A stretch of 46,318 nucleotides of DNA. Source: Catajapyx aquilonaris (taxonomy: Eukaryota). The stretch lies in the NCBI GenBank assembly GCA_000934665.2, contig JYFJ02003112.1, positions 1 to 46,318 on the forward strand, read 5' to 3'. The notes beneath the pieces were generated by a model that had not been told where the DNA came from, made no database searches, and was given only the letters and a program-made list of their open reading frames with translations. Both the position numbers and the translations under genes were made by a program. The stretch's first letter is position 1. Each line of letters starts with the position of its first letter. Of this stretch, positions 26,239 to 36,800 are shown piece after piece.

Positions 26239-26955
26239 CAGTAAAACGTCTATAACCTCCTGAAGCCCAGATTTTTTTAAAAAATTTTAATTTTTTTTTT
26301 AATTTTTAGAGATTTTTTTTTTTTTTCTAAAAATATTTTTTTCAAAACTTTTAAACCCCAATGGCTAGAGGGCTGTACGCTGGGCGTCAGGAGGATAAGT
26401 CGAACTTCCCTAAGTCGAAGTCGAAGAAAATGATGAGCTTGGTTGGTCATGCAATGTAAAATAATAGGAGACAAACTTCCCTAACTCGAATTTCTATAAC
26501 TCGAAGTGCAGGCAGGGTCTTACAATGGGATATCAATGCATTTTCAGTCTCCCTAAGTCGAAGTTCATGTTGGGCAGTACGAAAATTTTTCGCATTTCCC
26601 AGCTGAAGGGTCGAGAGTAGCCCACATGTACAAAAAGGATCAATTTTCTGATCTCCGTCTACCATATGTACCAAAAAAAGTGTTTGACTCAATTGTGACA
26701 ATTGAATCCTTGAATCTAAGAGTAGGCAAATGTCCATAACAGACATTTTTTTTACAGCTAAATAACGAGGAACATTGTAAGTGTGATAGTGACAGTTATT
26801 TTTAAGTTTTGACCACTTTTCGTTGCTGGATATAAAGGTAGGCTTCCTCACAGAGTTATGTGCTTTAAAAAATGCAAACTTCTCTAACTCGAATCTTCTG
26901 TAACTCGAAATTTTTTTCCAGTCCCATGGAGATTTAACTTATAGAAGTTTTACTG
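26239..26955. mobile_element. Pogo/Tigger-like MITE between the PM20D1 paralogues
   Basis: TA|CAGTAAAACGTCTATAA ... TTATAGAAGTTTTACTG|TA; internal TAACTCGAA/TAAGTCGAA repeats. Confidence 0.8.
26256..26394. mobile_element. piggyBac-like MITE nested in the left TIR of the Tigger-like element
   Basis: TIRs CCTCCTGAAGCCCAG / CTGGGCGTCAGGAGG; 4-bp ATAA duplication; removing it restores the host TIR. Confidence 0.7.
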
Positions 26956-27272
26956 TATGTCAACAAAACAATGGTATTTCTCCATGACAGAGGTAGTCAA
27001 CGATGAAGAAAAAGAGACAAGTTTTAAAAATAAGCGAAAAACATGATGCACATTAATATACAACATTTAGTGCAACAACATACAACATGGTGATATCATG
27101 TTTTCCTACATCATCACAATTATAAAGCATGGTTTGGTGAAAGGCAACATTTCTGCATTCTGAAATTCACTGGACTAAAAGAGAGCTTCTTGGATCACAG
27201 GTAAAGTTGGCTTAAGCACATTATTGTACTTAGCACAGAGGTAATCATCCCATATAAACAGTCACACAGCCA

Positions 27273-29551
27273 CTAGAGTTCAGTATACCTGCGGAGCATC
27301 CTGTCCCTCCCATCTGACAGAAGGTCTGCGTTTCTAAGGACTCTGTAGTAGAAGTTTATGATTTGCATGTAATTGTCCACTGAGATTCTCTCATTAAAGC
27401 CATGGTATCTCCCAACATCTTCTTCTTTTGATACCAATCCACAGAAACGGTACACGTTGTGAGTGAGATTGAGGTACCACTTGGAGTCGGTGTTAGCAAA
27501 GAGTATTCCTGGTGAAAAAATGTAAATGCCTCCCATATTACGCCTGTTTATGGATATCCTACTATATTCCCCTATGTGTAAACATTAATACTTGTGCAAT
27601 TCATATGAAGTAATCAAACACCACCCCACAATACAGGGGGAAGTTCAAACATAAGTACTCACATCCATATTTTCGAATCTATGGATGTGAAAATGTGGAC
27701 ATGCAAAGCTCATTTCTAGACTTCACGTCAGAATGCAATCAGTTATAAAGGAAATTTGACAGAAGTTATTTTAGATGATACTGCACCTGGTACAACTATT
27801 GCCTCTGGATACACATGGTTGATACTGGATGCAACCACCCTGTAGCCAATGGAATCAATCTTTGCAACAGGACTGGGAGGCATGTAACTCTTGACTTGCA
27901 TCTGGACCCTTGGATCAGCTATCACCTTCCTATCATGCTCCAACACTTCAGCTAATGGCTGTGCAGGGTGTATTCTATGGTTCAGGGATGCCGTAGCCAC
28001 TGATGGCACCACGTTAATCTTTGATCCGGAGTTGAAAATCGTCACTGCTGTGCTGGTTCGTATAAAGGTGGAGGAGCGTGGTTCTGCTGCCATTGCTAAG
28101 GACACTAGTGGACGAAACAGCCACATGTTGCTTAAGGCTAGCCGAAAGTGAAAAGGGACATGAGGTGCTAGATGGTCCAGCATGGCCTCATATTCTCCAG
28201 CTTGCAACATGGAGGGCTGTGGATGTAATTCCAGGCGGCCTACTGCTCGAGCAAGGATCCCCAAAGCAGATTCCTTCTTAGGCATGCTGGAGTGACCTGG
28301 ATCAGTCTCAACTTTAAGCTGCACTTCCAACCAGCCCTTCTCACTTGTACAAATCCTGGAAAGCAACAAAGTTTCTTCCATACCACACATAACTTTTACA
28401 ACTAAGAGTTGTAAGAGAAACCATGAAATAGACATTTCAGTGAGTAATGAGCAAGACTTACACAGCAACAGGCTTATCAACAACCTTGACAATCCCTTTG
28501 GTGACAGTTGTCCCTTCGTCCAGGAGGAATTCAAGTTTAACTCCTCTGTCTTCCAACAGCTTTGCAATATGCCATGCTCCATCCTTTCCCAGAACTTCTT
28601 CATCATGACCAAAAGCAATGTACAAGGTACGCTTGGGCTGCATCCCAGACTTGAGGTAATATGTCAATGCCTCCATTATGCCCTAAGGGAGAAATTCCAA
28701 AGTGAGACCTGTCTGTAGCAAACCCTGAGTACTGTGGGAACGAACAACATTTTTCTGTCACAAACAACTTTCACGGAGCAGAGCAATTCCATTACATGCA
28801 TGTTTCACTGTATCATCAATATGATTCAATTCACACTCTCCAAATGACTTACCATAACAGCCTGCTTGTCATCCATTGAGCCCCGTCCATAAATAAACTT
28901 GCCTTCAACCACTTCCCCACTAAAAGGGGGATATTCCCACTTCTCAGGCTCTTCAGCAGGAACCACATCCAAGTGAGCAGTCAACAAGTATGGCTTCAAT
29001 GTGAGGTCACTGCCATTGACTGTGTAAAGCAGGCTATAATTGTTCACCACTTCTCGAGTCACTAAGGATGAACTGGCCACCACTGGGAAGCCTAAAAAAA
29101 CATCCAAAGTATATTTATGAAGAAACAACAACTTAACAGGTTGAAAGAGGCAACTGTGGAATGGCATACGAGCAAACTCGAACCATACTTACTCTCCTGC
29201 AAAAATGAGTGCATCTGCAGCAGCGCATCATTCTCATAAACATGGGGTGTGTACGACACGGTGGGAATGCGCACGGCTCTGACAAACTTATCCACAAGAC
29301 TCTGTCGAAGTTCAGGCGAGGTCAGATTCATCTGGTCCATCTCCTCCGGTGAAAAAGTAGGGTAAATAAGTGCTTCCTCCACTCCCAACGCCCGTACCAG
29401 AATCACAGTTCCAAACACCAGTAAGGTCACTCCAAGGAGTCCACATACTATCTGTGCACCTGTAAATGATCTCATTAATCAACAACATCTTGAGCATTGC
29501 GTACACTACCGGCATCGGCATACCTCTCAGGTACTTTCCAACCATGGCCAT
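27273..29551 (-). CDS. PM20D1: PM20D1-like M20 metallopeptidase / N-fatty-acyl-amino acid synthase-hydrolase, copy A (519 aa)
   Basis: Exons 29551-29524, 29459-29193, 29091-28853, 28682-28462, 28355-27787, 27508-27273; exons 2-6 have the same lengths as copy B (267/239/221/569/236); all metal-binding motifs intact. Confidence 0.93.
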
Positions 29552-30040
29552 ATCTGCTCTCACACAGGTCAGGATATATCCTGCACTTAATTACGGCCAA
29601 TCAGGCAGTTGGCCGTACCCGGTGGGGCCCTCGGAGGTCATCCCAGAATCAGGCAAGGTCACAGCTCATCCAGTGCATGTGCTCTCTACATTGAATGAAA
29701 AGTGACCCATTCATTGCTGTTGGCAACACTGGCATGTTGGCTCCCATGAATAGTCACTGTTTCGATACTTGTACCTGATGATTGTGGTAGTATCAGTAAT
29801 CAGTGTGCGATGGTATCGTCTTAGTGCCGTCTTGCAGGAGACGACGACGTGACACTCCCTGATCGACGAAGGTGACCTGGTTTCCTCAGTGTAGATTAGA
29901 GATATTGTGATGCTTGTTCAGACACGGTAAAAAGTGCATTGCACTTCCAGTTGTAACTGTGGTGTTGTAACCAGATGTAACATAAGCATGTATACATATG
30001 TGAAGTAACTGCTGACTTGTCCCAACAGACTGGCTGTACG
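29552..30040. promoter_or_regulatory. Probable compact bidirectional promoter / 5' UTR region (PM20D1-A and eIF2D)
   Basis: Divergent start codons 490 bp apart; DRE-like TTTCGATA at 29760-29767; acceptor-like CCCAACAG ending at 30028, just before the eIF2D ATG. Confidence 0.55.
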
Positions 30041-31964
30041 ATGTTTGTGAAGCCATTCCGTGTGAAGAGCAACAGCCAGGTGAAGGGGTCTGAAAAGAAG
30101 AAGTTCCGTGCCGAGATCCGGAAGGCCTTTCCGCATCTCACGGAGGAGGACTGTCTGGTGCTGGTCCCAAACAAGGAGGAGTTGTCTATTGCCAAGGTTC
30201 TCACCCACTCGGAGGAGTCCACCATGGTGTACAGCGTTAACAAAACTCCTGTCATATTTGAACATGATCGCTCGCTCTATCCAACGGTGCATGCCCTTTG
30301 GCAAGTACCACACATCCTTCCGGTTACTTTTGTCACGATGGCCAACGTGATCGAAAAGCTGCAGAATGGGGCTGACCTTATGATACCTGGGATTGTACTT
30401 TCTGATGGGGATAACTTGGGCCCGAGATCTTATGGGAAGTTCGAACGAGGCGAGAAGATTACTATTTGTATTGAGGAGAATTCGGCAGCTATTGCAGTGG
30501 GAAAGGCAGCGCTCAGTTCGTTTGACATGTACATGGCAGCCCGGAGAGGGAAGGGTGTGCAGGTTCTCCATGTGTATGGGGATTTGCTCTGGGCATTTGG
30601 AGGGGGGAAGGCAAAAGTGCCCAACTTTGGACCACCTGGACAGAAAGTAGAGGAGGTAACTAAGAGTACACCTAAGTCAGAACAAACTCCAGTTGAAGTG
30701 TCTGAAAATTCACCTGAAACAGCAAGTCCACTTGAACAAGCCAATGGAATGACTCAAGTTGTATCCAACGTGCAAGAAGATACTACTACAACTTCCGAGT
30801 CAGAATCAGAAGACGAAAGCCCATCGGACATCTTGAACAATGCTCTTGCCTCCCTCAATGCTCCAGAACCCATGCCTGATCCAGGGGAGTCTACATCAAG
30901 TGGACCTCCTCCGGAAGACCACACTGAAATGGATGCCCTCATCCTCTATTGTTTCATCAAGTCTTGGAAAACTACAGCCAAAAAGGCAACGTTGCCTATT
31001 CTCAATAGCCAGTTTTACGCATTACATATGCTACCAGCAGTACCACGTGGGTACACTATAGACCTGAAAAAATCAGGGTACAAGAAATTCTCACGTTTCC
31101 TGGATGAAATGCAGGCGAGAGGTGCAATACGTGTTGAGGAATTAAGCAAAGGAGTAGCAAGCATTGTGCATGTAGATCCTGCCAATATGCTGTTTCGTCA
31201 TTTCCAAGAGGATGAATTTGTCGACACCGAACCTGCACCGACAGATACCACTGATGATGAATATCAACCTCCACAGATACAAGAGGTCCACATAGTGACA
31301 GCAAATGTCTTGCAAATATTTAAGCCTTGTGGGTATAGTAAAGGTGACGGGCTAACAATGGTAGATATACGTAAAGGCATAACAGAATATGTTAAACGTG
31401 AGGACCTGCAGTGCAAGGAGGACAAAGCCTACGTTATGATGAATCCCCTGCTGACTGACTGCTGCCTGTCAAAGGCCGAGTATCATGTCAAAACTAAGCT
31501 TAAATGGGAAGAGGTGAGCAGCCGCTGTGCATCACGGATGACCCCTGCGTTCAAGGTGAGCTTCAAGGGCAGGCCTCCTGTGATGGTGCGAGGAAAGCTG
31601 GAGCCAATTGACCTCCAGGTCATGACCCGCTCAGGCAACAAGAAGGTAACCCTAGTACACAACCTGGATGTGTACGGGATTGACCACCACGACTTCGCCC
31701 GGCGGTGCAGAGTTGGAGTGCAGGCCAGCACCACAATAGGAACAGCGCCAGACAAAAAGGGGCTTCACGTGCTAGTGCAAGGGAACCAGGTCAACTTCAT
31801 CGCCAAACTCATCACAGGTCAGGTTCATGTCATTGCATGCTCCTAATTTTGAAAGAAAATAATCCATGTCAATTAATGTGAAAATTTTTATTACAGAAGA
31901 ATATAAGCTAAACAAGAAGTATCTTAGAGGACTGGAAAATGCACCTAAGAAGAAGAAAAGATAA
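30041..31964 (+). CDS. EIF2D: Eukaryotic translation initiation factor 2D (ligatin), 614 aa
   Basis: Exons 30041-31817 and 31897-31964 (phase-1 GT-AG intron). N-terminus MFVKPFRVKSN, PUA region (YPTVHALW, GADLMIPG), DLKKSGYKK, SWIB-like region, SUI1 domain (RSGNKKVT..NLDVYGID..VQGNQ), C-terminus EEYKLNKKYLRGLENAPKKKKR. Confidence 0.95.
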
Positions 31965-33857
31965 AAATTGCTCATTTTAAATTGCAATGTAATTCAAATT
32001 TAAAAATACAGAGGAATGTCTTGTTTTTTTGGTTTTTAATATGAATCCAGTAGATTTAGGATTCCCAAACTGCACAACTACGTCCTCCATGTCCGGGTGC
32101 TGTCATCAAAGGTATCTGAGGACCTGCTGCAATGGGTTATCCTACATAAAAATATTCATGCAGAAGAAACCAAAAAAAAAAATTAACATTAGGTTGTGTT
32201 GGGGGGACAAGCCGCAGCTTTTGACGTGAATATGTCATTAAAATCGGATCAGTATTGGGGGGAGTGAATTGATTGTTTATAATCAATAATGAAGTCTGGA
32301 CACATGCATGGTGACCCTAAGCACCTTGCATGCCCCCGCTATGGGGCCCTGACTGTAACGCTTTTTCGTTACTAATATGATTTTAAAGACGTGTTCACGT
32401 CAATAGGTCAAAGAAACAGACATAATTCGACATTATGTTAACAAATTATTATTTCACATTCATCCAGAAGAAAAAATTACATTAAAATCCGAAACAAAAT
32501 AATTACTTTCACAGATTCCACGTAACACAGACTCAAAAATACCTCTTCAAGAGGCTACATAAATTCATGTGACAAAGAAACGTTTCACAGGCATTAAAAA
32601 AACAACGTGCAAAGTCCTGCTCACGATAAATGTGAGAAAGGGGGAGGGCAACTTCTCCTCGTCCTGTCAAACTACCCTCATGTCCTCGATTTGCTGCCTT
32701 GTCATCCTGTTGGCACAAGTTGACAAAGGGTCACTCACTCTGTAACTCCCCCCAAAAAATACTAAAACCACAGTAATGCGAGGTGGGGAATAACCAAAAT
32801 AATGGGAGAAAAAAACAGGTGATCACAACTCAAAAGCTATCCACAATCCAGGACATGGTGGTACTTTTTGGGTTTGTTTTCTGTATCTTGCATGCAGGTT
32901 AGTAATCGTAGAATTCACTGAAAGGAATGAAACGGGATGAATGAGGGAAAGTATAAAAACTGCATCCAGAAAAATGAAGCAATTGGTCATAATAGGTACT
33001 ACTGCAAATAATGATAAAACACAACAATGCTGTTCTAGTTTGGAAGGGGACAAACGTAATGTTTACCACCGTGCAAAAATAAGGGGCCTAATGGCCTATT
33101 CTTATGTCGGCAGGAACCAACCTGCTATGCTGCCAGTGAGCTTATTTGCAACAGGAAGCCATTGTTGGACTCGGATTTTTGACAACAATGGATCCCGGTC
33201 ACAAGTAAGCTGGCCCTGAGCGCACAGGTCACAACCCACAGACATACCAGTAGGCCATCACACTGCAAAAATTGAGCATGCATGAAATAAGTCATTTCAA
33301 GTAGGCCTACAACTGTAATCTCATGCATAAATAACAGCAAAGGTAAGTGGTCAAAATATACAAAACTTATGTAGGTCAGTGTGTAATCCCATAGCCCACA
33401 GAAAATCAAGGTTTTGTTAGCATTACTAGAATAAATTACAACTTGTCAATATTTTTTATGCACTAATCATTGCAATTTTGCATAATGTGGGTTATGGTTA
33501 TTGCACAGAGGGCTACTGAATGTTGCCTTAACACTAATATTTTGTGCAGTGGTGATCGTGAAGTTAAAGCTTAATTGCGTTTCAAATTTGTTCGAATGTG
33601 CTCTTCGCAATATTTTGCAAAATGTAGTCATACAATACCTTACTTCAATTCCAATTGATAATGGATCTAGTGGAGAAAAAACTTCCTCGTTACCATTTAT
33701 CATATATCACCACACTAAAATCAGCAGCTTGCATCCAATAGCATCGTATTCCTTGAGTGGTTTCCTTCTCACTTATTGCTTATTTTACCAATGTGTTTCA
33801 CAAAACCCCTCTAGAAGCATGTGATCAACATTATGATTTTATTATCATCCCTCTAAC

Positions 33858-36800
33858 TCACCTAGTTCCGGGATTCATTCCTACTCTTCGGGCGGTTGCA
33901 AGCCTTTGTCTGGAGAGGAAGGACTGTGCAGATGGGTTGCTACTCATTAGCCGCTGCTCCGCTGCCTGGCGGTTCATCTGGTAGGTCTGCACAATACATC
34001 ATTGACACGTTAAGTCAGTAAAAGCTGTAAAATTTGGAACACTGTCTTACATAGTTGTAAAATGCAGTGGTAATGAGCTGCTCTTCTGTCTCTTTGATCC
34101 GCCTGCTCTTCTCCGTCTCCCTCTCCAGGTGGTCAATGCGCCGGTCTTTGTCTGCTAGCTGGGCCTTCAGAACTGCCACATCTGCTGCTGCTCCACCCCC
34201 CGCACCCTGCTGGAGGTCAAAGCTTGCATTGATGCTCTTCAGTTTCTCCATGTATTTCTTGTAACGCTCATCAACTTCTTTCATCTCTCCATCCTTGTGT
34301 GAAACCACATCCTCTAAAGAGCTCACCCGACTCCCTGGAAAATAAAGCCACCATTCAAGTTACTAGATGACCTAAAAATCCCTTTTACTGTTGAAAGTTC
34401 AACATTAAAGCAGTTCAGCATTAGGCCATGAAATTGTTCATGACAAACACTGCCTTTTTACATAACATAGTATAAACATGCAGTAAAGCAGATGATTGGT
34501 AGACTCAACAGATGTAAGGCAGTATTTTCCACTAGTGTACTCACGGCTGTCCTGCAGCTTCGCCTCAAGCTCCTCGATATACGCCCTCTGTGTATCCTTG
34601 TCCTTCTCCAGATCCTTCACCTTCCCAGACAGATGGCTCAGCTTCTGCCTCACCTCGCTGCTCTGCTGACCTGTAGTTGCTTGCGTACCTAGCTTTTCCT
34701 GCAGCTCCTCCACTTGGTTCTCCAGCTCCAAGACACGTTGGTTGGCCAACCTAGAAGATTGTCCATAAGGTCGTTGCATCCTTTCAATCTCAGTCGGGCA
34801 GCAAACACTTTCATGCAGGAAATAGAAACATATTTAAGCAGGGGGTCCAAGATTGAATTCAAAACATTTTGAAAAACATTATGAAAACAATAACCCTAAC
34901 CCTGATGATTAAATGACACTGCTGGCTTGATGGGTAATTTTCGGATGCGCAAGAGCACAAGTCAAAAAGAAAAAATTTCCGCATATGCGCTTTTTCCCCG
35001 GAATCCGAGCGTTGACCTTGATTAATCCACCTCCTTCCTCGGATTTGCGGGAAAAAGCGCATTAATCAAACAAATTTTCTTTTACCCACGCATCCGAGAA
35101 TTAATGAGTCCTCTGACCTGTTCTGACTCCTTCTGGCCAGTAATGAGTCTCTGAGATTGATTTAAATACTAGCTCCAGATGGCAAACCTGGGGTGGCATC
35201 CAGACACTGACAGCAGTAATTTTTGTGACGTGAACAAGGTCAATGATTTTGCATAACCATCTCTGAAGGCCCATCCCACTGAGAGCACCAAAGAGATAGT
35301 CGAATTGGAATGGTGGTGTGTCAGCCCACTTCTGCTGGAGGGATCAGAGACAATCCATAGAATTTGCTATCCATGCAAATTCTGATTGAGGTCATTAAAA
35401 TAATGACCTCAATCAGAATTTGCGATTTGAGTGGTCAGCTGAGTTGTTGTTGTTATTGTAACATTTACTGAACTTTTCAGACACACCACCTATATCTTGA
35501 AGTTCTCCATATCTCAAACTGTTGACTATAGTCTATTCTGGTTTACTATACGGATTTATAATTTTTTTTTCCATAAGCCATAAGTCGTAGTTTGTGCCAG
35601 ATTCAGGCAGATATTCCCATCACACTGCCTAAGAGCTAAGGCAAACAAAACCTTGTGAATTGAATCATCTATGGGAGAACAAAGTACTACTTTTGCGTTG
35701 CTTGTGACAATTAAAATCACATACTCACGAGCCAGTGTGAAAATCATTGTGTATGTGTCACCAGAGTTCTATTTCTATCACAATCTTTGTTCTCCAAAAA
35801 TGATGTGATAAGGTTGGGAATCCTTCATCCAATAATCCAACAACCTAAAACCTCCAAAATCTGTATGTTGACATGACGCGCCCCAAATGAAAAATTCCAT
35901 GCGAGTGTAGCAAGACAAGCATCATTACCTGTATGGCTATCTATACTCATACAGAATTACTAAAAATTTACGTAAAACTACTTCCAGGGTTAATGCAGAA
36001 ATCACTGTTTACATGTGAGCGATTTGACAAGTGAAGCGGAGCGAAGCCATCGCCGAGTGATGTATCCAATATTGTTTGAGTCGAAAGTAACAATCAATTT
36101 TCGCCTCAAACAATACTGGTTACACAGGTTACTCAGCATTGTTATCGGCGGCAATGACATCGCTCACATGTAAACGCACCTGACCTTCTATTAAGAAATG
36201 TATATGGATATCGCTGTTAAGGTTTTTATCCCATCCCGAAAAGTCCCATTTTATCAATGCAAATCTTCCGAAATCCTAAATACTTCCCGTCCCAAGCTTT
36301 ACGAATAAAGGATTCTCAACCTGTAATACTTGATGACCTAATGAATGACCTCAACGCACTGATGTTTAAGGACACGAATTCCTGTTGTGCAACAGTAAAT
36401 AATGCAGATCCAGTGTATCCTTCTGCACCGATAATGTTTGCTGATTGAGTTTGAGCAATTCATGAGTTTCCTCCTTTTTTCACACAGGAGCACACCACCT
36501 CCACTTGCTCTCCATCTGCCAGTGTAATCCATACTGATACCTACCACTATACCACGGTGTATACCATGAGAAGTTTGTACTCTGCCGTGTAGTCGTCAGT
36601 GCTGTAAAAATTGTACACCCTAATCCCAATTACACTCACACCACTGTTTCAAACCTGTGATGGAGCATTATATACAAACACAGTACCAAGCATATAACCA
36701 AACACTAACTCCTGCCAGCCTTTTGCTTGCCAACAATCCACAAGGACTTAATTCTACGATAACATCACAAGAAAATCCCCAAGAACCGAAGGGATAGAAA

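Noticed and set aside
29918..30571. 217-aa antisense ORF
   Set aside because: Shadow frame opposite eIF2D; no recognisable domain.
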